The translations under genes and the position numbers were made by a program. From NCBI GenBank assembly GCA_033762115.1, contig JANRLX010000036.1, positions 1 through 43,408 of the forward strand: a stretch of DNA of 43,408 bases, written 5' to 3'. This DNA comes from Verrucomicrobiota bacterium (lineage in GTDB: Bacteria; Verrucomicrobiota; Verrucomicrobiia; Limisphaerales; SXQI01). Position 1 is the first letter of the stretch. Each line of letters starts with the position of its first letter. Positions 8,940 through 17,684 of the stretch are shown here, one piece after another. The notes beneath the pieces were generated by a model. That model was given only the letters and a program-made list of their open reading frames with translations, had not been told where the DNA came from and did not search any database.

Positions 8940-9083
8940 TGCTCCTCCTCTTCCACGAAGGGGCCGTTGCCGAGGCACTCCAATTCCTTGAGGGCGAGGT
9001 GGAGCGTGTGGAGGTCGGGTGGCGATCATCGGTTGGGAACTTTTACTTTTGAGACGTTTCATGTTCTGGTCCTTTGTTGATGG

Positions 9084-9404
9084 TTAATCTTCGGTTGGGT
9101 CGGGTTCTCCAGCGTCGTAATTGGCGTCCGGCTGGATGTCGGTGGAATCGAGCAATTGGCGCGATTCGGGGGGTTCATCTCCGACAGGAGACAGGGAGAT
9201 CCTGAATTTCTGACCCAACTGGAATTGATTGATGAATTCCGGCTTTGCCAAGCTAAAGGCGAGGCTTACATAGCCGCATGAGGCGCCGAAGCATTCCAGC
9301 GAGACACTGTAATCCGCTTCCTCATCCTCCAGACGTGTTTCAACGCAGATTCGGTTCACCGCTAGCGTTTCATTAACAACGGATGCTTGTATTTTCTGGT
9401 CCAT
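9084..9404 (-). CDS. Phage hypothetical beta-rich protein
   Basis: ATG 9404; C-terminus resembles the neighbouring 9445-9714 protein. Confidence 0.55.
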   Translation of the reverse strand: MDQKIQASVVNETLAVNRICVETRLEDEEADYSVSLECFGASCGYVSLAFSLAKPEFINQFQLGQKFRISLSPVGDEPPESRQLLDSTDIQPDANYDAGEPDPTED

Positions 9405-9444
9405 ATAGTTTTGAAAAAGGAGCCCGCCGAAGCGGGCCGGTGTG

Positions 9445-9951
9445 TTACTGAGGGGTCGATTGGTTAGCGGGCGTGAAATCGACGTAGTATTCGCCGCCCA
9501 ACTCGAATTGTTTGACCGCCTCGGCATTGACCATTCCGAGTTTGATTGATCCGGATGGGGTTAACGCAAAAAACTCCTTGTTCTCCGGGGACCCATCATG
9601 GACCACGTTGAGATCAAGAGTTTGAACCTCAGCGGGAAAAGATGTTCCGTTTCGGTAGATGGTGGTTTTGCTGCGCTGAATGCTGTCTAATCTGAACTTT
9701 GCTCTTACTGGCATGTTTCCTTTGGTTTGTTTTGCGGGTTCATCCCGCAAAAGTCTTTTACGTTGGCCTGCGATCACGCGGATCATCGCTTCTTTTCGAT
9801 CCAATGGGACGTTTACCTTTGGTGGAACGGGTTCATCGTTGGCCGCCCAAATGGCTATTTCGCACGAATCGCAGATTTCCCCCATTTGATGAACGCGGCT
9901 GAATCCGCAAACAGCGCACTTGGGATTTCTGCGACCGATGCGCCCTTTCAT
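9445..9951 (-). CDS. Phage hypothetical protein (N-terminal CxxC..CxxC; C-terminal VRAKF...ENKEFFALTPSG domain, probable internal start at 9714)
   Basis: ORF track; AAAGGAAAC precedes ATG 9714. Confidence 0.65.
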   Translation of the reverse strand: MKGRIGRRNPKCAVCGFSRVHQMGEICDSCEIAIWAANDEPVPPKVNVPLDRKEAMIRVIAGQRKRLLRDEPAKQTKGNMPVRAKFRLDSIQRSKTTIYRNGTSFPAEVQTLDLNVVHDGSPENKEFFALTPSGSIKLGMVNAEAVKQFELGGEYYVDFTPANQSTPQ

Positions 9952-10211
9952 GCGGCCCTCCTTGCGGGTGATTGGAAGAGATCGGAGACGATGGCTCTGT
10001 GCGTGACGGGATCGCGGTAGATGCCGTGGGAACCGGCGCGGAGACCATCCAGCTCCGTTTTGCGGTGGGGATCGGCAAAGAGCGCGAGCAATTCACCGAG
10101 GAAAATGGCGTCACCTGCCGGGACGTTATCCAGGCGGAAATGGAACTGGTTCCGGGCGGAATCGAAATTGACCCGGGACACGGCGGAGTTGAGTTGCTTA
10201 TTTTTCCGCAT
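9948..10211 (-). CDS. Phage hypothetical protein
   Basis: Overlaps both neighbours in the operon. Confidence 0.55.
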   Translation of the reverse strand: MRKNKQLNSAVSRVNFDSARNQFHFRLDNVPAGDAIFLGELLALFADPHRKTELDGLRAGSHGIYRDPVTHRAIVSDLFQSPARRAA

Positions 10212-11295
10212 AGGTTTGTTCCCCCATCATTTGTTGGCGCAATTTGATCGCGGACAGGACGATCTCTTCAGTGAGCGGAAGCTTCTGCTTCGCGGCCATG
10301 CGGCTGGCGACCTTGAGCGTCTCGACCAGAATTCCAAGGCGACCCAATTGATTGGCGATCCCGTGACATGCCTCGATCAGGACCGCGGAAGGTTTTTTGA
10401 CGTACTGTTCGATGAGAGGGGCAATGTCCGATTTCCTGATTGCGCGCGGAAGACGGATGGGCATTCCAATCCGTCCAAGCAATTGCTCGAATTGATATTC
10501 CCCTTTTCGGAGCTGCGAATCGAAACGGGCGGTGGCCATGAGCGCGAGAGCGGCGCCGGTGCGGTCGTGGATATCGCGAAGAATCTCCAGATTGACCGGA
10601 ATCGAACGGGCATCCCCCGGCATGAGGCGATGAGCTTCATCGACGATGAGAATGCGGTTTTGATTGAAGGCGCGGAGAATCGATTCATGCATTTGCGGAA
10701 CCGAAGAGTTCCGGCCAACGCCAACGGCCTGGGCAATATCGCGCAGCATTCCCTTGGTGCCGCCGAAAGCGGGCGCGGTGATAAAGACGCTGCGGCCATG
10801 ATTATTTTCATCCCGCCACTGTTTGGCGGCGGTGGTTTTGCCCATGCGCGACTCGCCGATGATCATGGTGATCGAGTTATTGGCCATGGCGTAACTGAGG
10901 CCGGAAAAGATCAGCTTTGTGATCGAGTTATGAACGAACTCGTTCTTTTGAATGGTGCCACGATCAGCAACAATTTTGCGGTAGGAACGGATCGATTGAG
11001 CGACCTTTTCCCAAGAGCCGCCATATTGTCCTTTGAGCACTTTGAAAACGGTGGAACGGTCATAGTCCAGAGCTTCGGCGCATTCCTCCCATTGCATGCC
11101 AGTATCCAGCGCGTGCTGATGGAACCAGAGCAACTGATCCGAAACATGAGGGGGAAGGTCTTTCCAATTCTCCAGATTCAAGGGGATATTAATCCGTGAA
11201 TTGGCACTGGAAGATTCGGCAGCTTCCGATTTGGTGACAGGAAGCTTGGGGTCCTTATCGTTTGGTTCATCGCCTGGCGCGGCGGAGATAGTCAT
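10198..11295 (-). CDS. MuB-like transposition AAA+ ATPase with N-terminal HTH
   Basis: Walker A GESRMGKT, Walker B LIVDEAH, QLLGRIG; downstream of the transposase. Confidence 0.92.
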   Translation of the reverse strand: MTISAAPGDEPNDKDPKLPVTKSEAAESSSANSRINIPLNLENWKDLPPHVSDQLLWFHQHALDTGMQWEECAEALDYDRSTVFKVLKGQYGGSWEKVAQSIRSYRKIVADRGTIQKNEFVHNSITKLIFSGLSYAMANNSITMIIGESRMGKTTAAKQWRDENNHGRSVFITAPAFGGTKGMLRDIAQAVGVGRNSSVPQMHESILRAFNQNRILIVDEAHRLMPGDARSIPVNLEILRDIHDRTGAALALMATARFDSQLRKGEYQFEQLLGRIGMPIRLPRAIRKSDIAPLIEQYVKKPSAVLIEACHGIANQLGRLGILVETLKVASRMAAKQKLPLTEEIVLSAIKLRQQMMGEQTYAEK

Positions 11296-11321
11296 TGATT
11301 TTGGTCCTTTCTGGTTTTGGG

Positions 11322-11552
11322 TTATTCGGCGTTGCCGATGACGGCAGCGGCGGGGTGAAGCTGGCGATTTTCGGGCGGGGTGAAGGCGCGATTGGTCGCG
11401 TGGAGCATCATGGCGACGGTGGCATCGGTCCGGCGCGCGCTGGCACGAGAACGACGCTGCTGCTGTTCCGTGCGGATGCGGTCAGCGACGCGGTCATGAA
11501 TTTCCCGGCGAATCTTGCCGGTGGCTGCAGGGTTATATTCTGGCTGGTCCAT
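11322..11552 (-). CDS. Small hypothetical protein between transposase and ATPase
   Basis: Fills the operon gap. Confidence 0.45.
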   Translation of the reverse strand: MDQPEYNPAATGKIRREIHDRVADRIRTEQQQRRSRASARRTDATVAMMLHATNRAFTPPENRQLHPAAAVIGNAE

Positions 11553-11563
11553 ATTTTTAGGTT

Positions 11564-13672
11564 TTAGAAACTGATCGGGTTTTCGTTTTCTGAGGGGGGT
11601 TCGGAAAAGAGATCGGAAAATTGTTCGACCAGATTTTGTTCCTGGTCAGCAGGGGCATCCCCGAGGACAGCAGCGCGGTCGGAATCGGTGACTTCCGCAT
11701 TGCGAACCGCACGGGCGATTTCGCGCTGGGTCGAATCCTTTTCCTGGGCGGCGGCATTGGCCTGGGCGATGCGGGCCCCGGTGGCGGCGATCTGACCATC
11801 CGTGACAATCGGCATGGAACGGCGATGCAATTCCGGAGCAATGGCGCGGAGTTCTGAACGGGAATAGGCCATTGCTTCCGACTTCCGTTTAGCTTCCGCC
11901 GCGAGCTGCTCCGGAGTGGCGTTGAACCGGGCAAGCTTAGGGACGAGCGTAGCGAGACAAATAAACTGGCGAGTGGCATGATCGAGCACAACAGCCTGGG
12001 CATCTGGATTGTGGTCGTTCCAATAGACGATGACCTTGCTCCCGGTGCGAAGCGCGAGAGAGGGAGAATCGTAGTAGTAAACCTGCAAATTGCGGCCACT
12101 GCCCTGAGTGATGCGGATGCCGTTTTTCGTGACCCGTTCTACGGCCATGGCGCTGCGGTAAATCCAGCGATCCTTGTCCGCAAGCTTTGGCAGAGCGGGA
12201 TTGTCCGCAACCCATTTCTCCTGCGGCGACATGCCGCGAAGCACTTCCCCATCCTGCCGCTCATGACTGAGCCGCTCCATGACCGCTGCGACGTGGTCCG
12301 AAAACTCCTTAAGCTGCAGGAAAAACTGGCGAGGATGGGCCTGCCCGATCTTGCAAAGGGCCAATTGATTTTTGACAATGTCAGGCAATTGCGTCCGTTG
12401 CTCGCGCCCGGCGTAACCGGCAATGGCATCGCACTCGTATTGAAACTGGTTGAACCAGGTTTCGATGATCTTGGAACGCGGATCATAGGAACGGCAGACA
12501 TCGACGCCAAGCGAGGACAACCCGCCGATCCGTTCCTCCCCGGAAATATCCGTTTTGAACCCGCGAATCTTCTGGGCCTGCCAGTTGCCCCCTTCCAACA
12601 CGAACTTGCGAGGCAAGCCAACGGTGTCGAAGACATCCCCCATCAGGCCCCAGATATCATCCGAATTGTATTGGCCGCCCTCGCGCATGATCACGCGCAC
12701 GCCGAGGGGGAGGAGCGAGCCGACATCCAGCACCGGGAGAATCTGCGGCTGCCCGATCTTGAAGCCCTGGGCGTTGGGCCATTCCGTCCAGCAATAAACG
12801 TTGCTGGTCATATCGTCCGAAACAAAGGCAAAACCGGCTGTAACATCCGCGTATGAGCCGGGAGTGAATCGACCGGCGAGGCGGGCATGTTTGGGGCCGC
12901 GATTGAGGGCTTCCAGACTCGGATCGACACGAAGCGCTTTGCGGATCGAGCCGGTGACGTGGGATTTGCTGGCGTGGGCGCCGTGCAAATGCTTGCGCAG
13001 ATTGGCTGGGAGATTTGGGTGCGCGGCGAGATTGCGAGCGGCGCGGGCAATGGAACCTTTCTCGATCACCTCTGCCTGGGCGCGGCGCCTGAGTTCCTCA
13101 GGAATCTCAACGCCTTTGCGACCAACCCGGCCGCGTTTCTGATCGACCAGCCCATTGATCCCGGTCGATTCGTAAGCGACCTCCCAACGCTCCAGCGAGC
13201 GCTTTGAAATATTAAACTGCGGATGGCGGCTGGCGAACATCGCGACCACCTGCGCGCGAGCATTTTCTTTGGTGCCCGGGAATGCGGCGAGCGATTGGAC
13301 AGCGCGTTCTCGGAGCAGAACGGTCTCGCGTGCTTTGGGATCGTGCGTCAGATCCATGAACCCGCAGCGCTCGGCTACGGGCACTGCTTCCGGTTCGACA
13401 ACGGCCAGGTCCGGGAATAGATCGCTCGGCGGGAGATACTCGAAGCGATTGCCGCGTGTGCGGATTTGCCAGCCTTCATTCTGGGCGCGTTGATGAACGG
13501 TCTTTTTGCTCACGCCGAGCGCTGCGGCAAGGTCGCGGCCCATGACCCACCGGGGCCTGTTCTCTGGTCCCTTCGGACCTGCTGTTTCATGCAGGGAGTC
13601 AACACCCGGTCCTGACCTCTCGTCAGGCACCATGGCAGGCGCGAAGGAAAGCGATGAACGAAAATCACTCAT
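11564..13672 (-). CDS. MuA-like transposase
   Basis: N-terminal Mu-type HTH (WVMGRDLAAALGVSKKTVHQRAQNEGW), SLERW..GLVD..GR linker, catalytic-position SDD / LEGG / PRSKIIETWF, MSPQEKW, C-terminal beta-barrel; ATG overlaps upstream stop. Confidence 0.9.
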   Translation of the reverse strand: MSDFRSSLSFAPAMVPDERSGPGVDSLHETAGPKGPENRPRWVMGRDLAAALGVSKKTVHQRAQNEGWQIRTRGNRFEYLPPSDLFPDLAVVEPEAVPVAERCGFMDLTHDPKARETVLLRERAVQSLAAFPGTKENARAQVVAMFASRHPQFNISKRSLERWEVAYESTGINGLVDQKRGRVGRKGVEIPEELRRRAQAEVIEKGSIARAARNLAAHPNLPANLRKHLHGAHASKSHVTGSIRKALRVDPSLEALNRGPKHARLAGRFTPGSYADVTAGFAFVSDDMTSNVYCWTEWPNAQGFKIGQPQILPVLDVGSLLPLGVRVIMREGGQYNSDDIWGLMGDVFDTVGLPRKFVLEGGNWQAQKIRGFKTDISGEERIGGLSSLGVDVCRSYDPRSKIIETWFNQFQYECDAIAGYAGREQRTQLPDIVKNQLALCKIGQAHPRQFFLQLKEFSDHVAAVMERLSHERQDGEVLRGMSPQEKWVADNPALPKLADKDRWIYRSAMAVERVTKNGIRITQGSGRNLQVYYYDSPSLALRTGSKVIVYWNDHNPDAQAVVLDHATRQFICLATLVPKLARFNATPEQLAAEAKRKSEAMAYSRSELRAIAPELHRRSMPIVTDGQIAATGARIAQANAAAQEKDSTQREIARAVRNAEVTDSDRAAVLGDAPADQEQNLVEQFSDLFSEPPSENENPISF

Positions 13673-13943
13673 TAGACAATTGCGTTGGCTGGTCCAATGC
13701 GGTTGCGGGGAGGAGACGATAAAAGCTGTGGCAGTGGCGGTTTTCCCACTTGTTTTGATGCTCGATCCGGTGACCGGCCTTGCGGAGATCATGGATCCGG
13801 GAATGAACAGCCATGGAGCGGCTGACCTGGTAAAGTTCCATTAACGAAAACCACTCCCCTACCCGCGACTGCAGGAGCGAGAGGATGCGCCCGTTCTGGG
13901 TGCTGCCGCTGCTGCTGGCCTGGTATTCGAGTTGGTCTTTCAT
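13665..13943 (-). CDS. Winged-helix HTH protein
   Basis: TQNGRILSLL...AVHSRIHDLRKAGHRIE...YRL. Confidence 0.75.
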   Translation of the reverse strand: MKDQLEYQASSSGSTQNGRILSLLQSRVGEWFSLMELYQVSRSMAVHSRIHDLRKAGHRIEHQNKWENRHCHSFYRLLPATALDQPTQLSNE

Positions 13944-13948
13944 GGAAA

Positions 13949-14230
13949 TTAACCTTCAGTATTCTCCATCTGGTCTGCTGTTACGGTTGCCGCGCAGGCG
14001 ATGGCTCTGAGGAAATGGCGGGCTAACTCAAAATCCCCTCTTTCCGCCCACATCCCCGCATTCGCGAGCATTCGCGAGATGTGCTCCAGGCGGTTGTCTT
14101 TGAAATCAAGCGGATAGGTTGTTCCGCACACCACAATGGGCTTGATGCCTTCAACCACCGGCGTGAAAACCCCAGCCTCATAGCGCTGACGGGCTTCCAA
14201 ATTCTCAAAGACGGCAAGTGTCGCTTTCAT
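13949..14230 (-). CDS. Phage hypothetical protein
   Basis: ATG 14230 in an ATGA overlap. Confidence 0.55.
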   Translation of the reverse strand: MKATLAVFENLEARQRYEAGVFTPVVEGIKPIVVCGTTYPLDFKDNRLEHISRMLANAGMWAERGDFELARHFLRAIACAATVTADQMENTEG

Positions 14231-14391
14231 AAATCGCGGGAGGGATCGGCGTTGAAATGTTCGGTATGATCCGGCGCGGCCTTTTTGTTGCCCTGGAGCA
14301 AGAGCAGCGCAGTGATGCAAAGCGCGAGGGAGGTCACGCCCCCGGCGATGAAAGCCCAAATAAGAAGGCGGATGAGTTCCTGATGGTCCAT
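14227..14391 (-). CDS. Small single-TM membrane protein (54 aa, not in ORF track)
   Basis: MDHQELIRLLIWAFIAGGVTSLALCITALLLLQGNKK...; abuts upstream stop, ATGA-coupled downstream. Confidence 0.6.
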   Translation of the reverse strand: MDHQELIRLLIWAFIAGGVTSLALCITALLLLQGNKKAAPDHTEHFNADPSRDL

Positions 14392-15051
14392 TTAGATTAA
14401 CTCCGACAGATCAGCAGCGGCAGTGCTGATGGGTTCAGTGGTGGAATCCCCTACGGGCAGGGGCAAAAATTTTTTCGCTGGGGCGGTCAAGGCTTCATCG
14501 ATCATGCTGAGGGCCTGGGTGAGGCGATCGCGAGCGTCCGACAATTGATCGGGCGGCAGGGTGACAAACGGATTGGAACCGGCCTGGGTAACGCAATTGA
14601 GCGTGTGGTCAAAGACATCCCAATTGAAGGTGAATGAAAGCTGGCGCGGTTCGTGTGATTTGCCATCCCGAGCGCCGTTGGCGGGACGGGAACGGATGAC
14701 GCCGAGATCGCGGCACAACTCCATGAATTCGAGGGCGGATTCGAGGACAAGATTGCGAGCGGCCTTGACCAGTTTATCCTGATCGATCAGGCGAGGATTG
14801 GCCTCCTTCGCCCAACCGAGACAGGCGGTGGCAAATTTCATGTAGTGGAAGGCGGTCCTGCGCGGAATCTCGGATTCGTGCGCGGCGAGAAAATCATTCC
14901 AATCCCCATTGGCGCAAGCTTGTTGGGCAGAGAGGAGGTAGAGGCCAGCATCAAAGGCATGCTCCTTGGCGGAAAGGAAAGCCTTTCGACAATTGCGATG
15001 CTTTTCGATGGCCTGTTGGAGAAACGTTTCGGCTGGGGTGAGGATGTTCAA
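14392..15051 (-). CDS. DUF3102-like phage protein
   Basis: AFDAGLYLLSAQQACANGDWNDFL...IPRRTAFHYMKFA. Confidence 0.7.
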   Translation of the reverse strand: MNILTPAETFLQQAIEKHRNCRKAFLSAKEHAFDAGLYLLSAQQACANGDWNDFLAAHESEIPRRTAFHYMKFATACLGWAKEANPRLIDQDKLVKAARNLVLESALEFMELCRDLGVIRSRPANGARDGKSHEPRQLSFTFNWDVFDHTLNCVTQAGSNPFVTLPPDQLSDARDRLTQALSMIDEALTAPAKKFLPLPVGDSTTEPISTAAADLSELI

Positions 15052-15260
15052 TGGTTTTTTTGGTTGAGATTGAGTTCAAGTTGAATCCGCTTTTGCGCTT
15101 CAACGTGATTCCTAAGATGTGCATAGATTTCCCCGATGGAGGCACGCTGTGGGTTCCTCGCTGGGAAGATGGCGAGAAGATCGGCCAGGAGGGCTTCGCG
15201 TTGAGAAAATGAATCGGGCAATGTTCCCAAAACATGAGACAGGACGACGTTTCCGTTCAT
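15048..15260 (-). CDS. Phage hypothetical protein
   Basis: Coupled to both neighbours. Confidence 0.6.
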   Translation of the reverse strand: MNGNVVLSHVLGTLPDSFSQREALLADLLAIFPARNPQRASIGEIYAHLRNHVEAQKRIQLELNLNQKNH

Positions 15261-15436
15261 CGCAATACCTCCAAAATGAGTCCGTAAGTTTTGCTGAAGC
15301 GATCCGGTTTTTCGATTGCGAGATAGACAGCGGTCCTTGATCGATTGATGCGTCGGGCGAGGTCAGCAACCGTCATGTCCCTTTCCAAGCATCGCCGCTT
15401 CATCTCTTTAAGGTTGATTTTTTCCACGAGCATCAT
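15257..15436 (-). CDS. Ner/Cro-like HTH regulator (59 aa, not in ORF track)
   Basis: MMLVEKINLKEMKRRCLERDMTVADLARRINRSRTAVYLAIEKPDRFSKTYGLILEVLR; divergent from the repressor. Confidence 0.75.
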   Translation of the reverse strand: MMLVEKINLKEMKRRCLERDMTVADLARRINRSRTAVYLAIEKPDRFSKTYGLILEVLR

Positions 15437-15507
15437 TAATGGTTTACAGGTGGAAATTAACTATAAGTAATTTACAGTGTCAACAGGGAAATTAAATAAT
15501 TTACAGA
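15437..15507. promoter_or_regulatory. Lysis/lysogeny switch: leftward early promoter and repeated operator-like motifs
   Basis: - strand TTGACA (15483-15478), 17-18 bp spacer, TTAATT/TAATTT; TTTACAG x3 and GGAAATTAA x2. Confidence 0.65.
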
Positions 15508-15887
15508 GGGATGAATTATCCCCTGCTGCACAAGAGTTTGTGAGGTTAATAAAGGCTGTGGGATGGTCGCAATCTGAAGCAGCCCGCGTTCTTTTTGTGA
15601 CCCCTTCGATGGTCAACCAGGTGGTAAACGGAAAGGCAGAACCGAGCATTTCCATGCTCCAATTGCTCAAACTGAGCATTGCAAAGGAACGGCCTGATCT
15701 AGTTTACGGCCCGGTGGCAATGCAGCAAGGGCAGACCGAAACCTACAAAACAAAGCCCCCTGTGTTGGAGGAATGGGAAATCGATTTGATTGGTACGATG
15801 AGGCAATTGTCGAAAGAAGAGCGCAAACTTTTGGCCAAAAATTTTAAATCACTTACAACCATGATGGTGAAAAAAGACGCGGCTTAG
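15477..15887 (+). CDS. XRE-family prophage repressor
   Basis: GWSQSEAARVLFVTPSMVNQVVNGKAEPS HTH; divergent from the Cro-like gene; no S24 peptidase domain. Confidence 0.85.
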   Translation: MSTGKLNNLQRDELSPAAQEFVRLIKAVGWSQSEAARVLFVTPSMVNQVVNGKAEPSISMLQLLKLSIAKERPDLVYGPVAMQQGQTETYKTKPPVLEEWEIDLIGTMRQLSKEERKLLAKNFKSLTTMMVKKDAA

Positions 15888-15957
15888 TGAACAGCTTGTG
15901 AATAAGTTTTGGTGATAGATTTTAGGGTAGGACGGTATTTGTCCTAGCGTTTTCCTC

Positions 15958-16221
15958 ATGCTGCTGAAAACAAACGAAAGTGCAGCAATGCGAAAAAAAG
16001 AGAAGTTCCTGATGTACGTCTATTTCGGCGCGATGGCGAAAGACATAGAAAATGATACCGCAGACACCCCCATGATATTGAACTTCGCCAATCGGATCAC
16101 GGAAGAGAAGATTCCCCCCCAGGAGGGCAATGCGGCCAAGGTCTTTCTCTCGTTCGTAGGGGGCAAAAACTCATCGGAGTTCAAATGGATGCATTGTTTC
16201 GACGAGGCTGAATCAGCATAA
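15958..16221 (+). CDS. Hypothetical protein (moron-like)
   Basis: AT-richer ORF after the repressor. Confidence 0.5.
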   Translation: MLLKTNESAAMRKKEKFLMYVYFGAMAKDIENDTADTPMILNFANRITEEKIPPQEGNAAKVFLSFVGGKNSSEFKWMHCFDEAESA

Positions 16222-16295
16222 ACCGTTGAATATCAACAAAACCGAGTGCAACACTTGCACTCCTGAGTCAATCGAGCGCTCAGGTGAATTTATGA

Positions 16296-16700
16296 TTAAT
16301 TCCGCCTTTTGTTTTGACTCATGGCCCAACCGATTAAGCCAAGAAGGATAAAAGCACTGCTGAAAATCATTCCGTTTTGCCTTTGTTGCATGAGTCCGAT
16401 ATTGTGAACCCGGTTTCCTCCGATCATCTGCCCCATAAATTCCCGCACCGGAACTTCCACGCTCGTATCGCAAAAAAAAGTGAAATAAATTAGTGCGCAG
16501 ATTCCCGCGATCATAGCAAAGGCAGAAAGCGGGGATCCTCCTTTTTTCGGGTGATCAGGTGGTAAGGTAAGACGCTGGGAGTCACCGGAAGAGGCAATGG
16601 TATTTAACATTTCGCCACAGTGTTTGCATTTAATGGCAGCATCCTGAATCTCTTCCGCGCAAAAAGGACATTTTTTCATGGGAACTGAGAGCCTACTCAT
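16296..16700 (-). CDS. Zinc-ribbon, two-TM membrane protein (moron)
   Basis: KKCPFCAEEIQDAAIKCKHCG plus two hydrophobic helices; antisense to late genes. Confidence 0.75.
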   Translation of the reverse strand: MSRLSVPMKKCPFCAEEIQDAAIKCKHCGEMLNTIASSGDSQRLTLPPDHPKKGGSPLSAFAMIAGICALIYFTFFCDTSVEVPVREFMGQMIGGNRVHNIGLMQQRQNGMIFSSAFILLGLIGWAMSQNKRRN

Positions 16701-16732
16701 CCCTATCCATTAAATCGATTGAAAAAAGTTTA

Positions 16733-16765
16733 CGAAAGTTGCTTCAATTACTTCACCCCGATTTG
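16733..16765 (+). promoter_or_regulatory. Putative late-promoter activator site, copy 1
   Basis: CGAAAGTTGCTTCAATTACTTCACCCCGATTTG identical to 29594-29626. Confidence 0.7.
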
Positions 16766-16893
16766 ATTGTTACGGTTTTCCCTCATACCAAATGGAGCGC
16801 AAGAACGGTTCCTGATCGCGCGCGGCCACAACGAAAGGTTGGATGAACCAAGCGCCGGACCGCAGCCCCACGGGGCTTCCATTTCAAAAACAT

Positions 16894-17493
16894 ATGACGA
16901 AAACAATTTTGCTTTCGGCAGCGGCGATGCTGGTGGTGACCGGTTGCGCGCAACTGGAGCGTGGGTATCGACAGGAGATCGTGACGACCCCGTCGCGAAC
17001 GGAAACAAACGTCACGACCCGGCTTGAACCGGTGGAAATCCGACCGTCCTACACAAACGTTTCGACCGGGGAAATCGTTCCCCCGGCGATTGAAACCAAA
17101 CTGATTTACGTGACCAACCTGGTGCAATTGCCCCCGGTGACCGTGACCAACCTCGCGCCAATTCCTGCGGTGCAAGCCGGGATTCAAAGCGGCGTTGGCA
17201 TGCTGCCTTTCCCGGGCGCGGGAGCGGTGGGATATGCGCTGGCGGCGATTTATGCGGCATATGCAACATGGCGGAACAATCGGACCGCATCGACCGGCAG
17301 GAAGGTGGCGAAAGCTCTGGTCGAAGGGATCGAAGCGGGGAGGCTGATCCTGAATGAGACACCGGAAGGACGGAAACTGGATGCGAAAATCAAGGACGAA
17401 TTAATCAAACACCAGGAGGTTGCGGGAGTGCTGAACGAAGTCAGTGTGTTCATCAACGAGCACACCGGCAACACGGTTAAAACGCCCGCATGA
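16894..17493 (+). CDS. Lipoprotein with a downstream TM helix (u-spanin-like topology)
   Basis: MTKTILLSAAAMLVVTG-C lipobox; T/V/P-rich segment; GAGAVGYALAAIYAAYATW helix; first late gene. Confidence 0.65.
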   Translation: MTKTILLSAAAMLVVTGCAQLERGYRQEIVTTPSRTETNVTTRLEPVEIRPSYTNVSTGEIVPPAIETKLIYVTNLVQLPPVTVTNLAPIPAVQAGIQSGVGMLPFPGAGAVGYALAAIYAAYATWRNNRTASTGRKVAKALVEGIEAGRLILNETPEGRKLDAKIKDELIKHQEVAGVLNEVSVFINEHTGNTVKTPA

Positions 17494-17684
17494 ACCCGTT
17501 TCTCTTGCTTAAGCTTTGGTGGTTGCGCTGGCGGAATGCCTCGCTCCTGCGGCGGCTGATGCCGTTGCGGAGGGAACGGAAGCGGAACCGTTATTTGACC
17601 TCGTCGCGTCGCGCGGTGCAGAGCCTGCGTGTTCACCGGATCGCGCTTTATGGACAGCCGGGAAAACGGCTGGAGAACGCATGA
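17490..17684 (+). CDS. Highly cationic 64-aa peptide
   Basis: 14 R + 3 K versus 2 E; ATGA overlaps on both sides. Confidence 0.5.
   Translation: MNPFLLLKLWWLRWRNASLLRRLMPLRRERKRNRYLTSSRRAVQSLRVHRIALYGQPGKRLENA

Noticed and set aside
10021..11199. Long antisense ORFs (also 31744-33066, 30588-31676, 38361-39545, 25873-26880)
   Set aside because: Shadow frames of recognisable genes in GC-rich DNA, with no motifs
10198..13672. Tn7/CAST TnsB-TnsC module
   Set aside because: No TniQ, TnsA or Cas genes; embedded in a complete phage gene set
16812..16836. Hammerhead ribozyme (CTGAT...GAAA)
   Set aside because: Core reads CUGAUCG rather than CUGANGA and the stems do not fit
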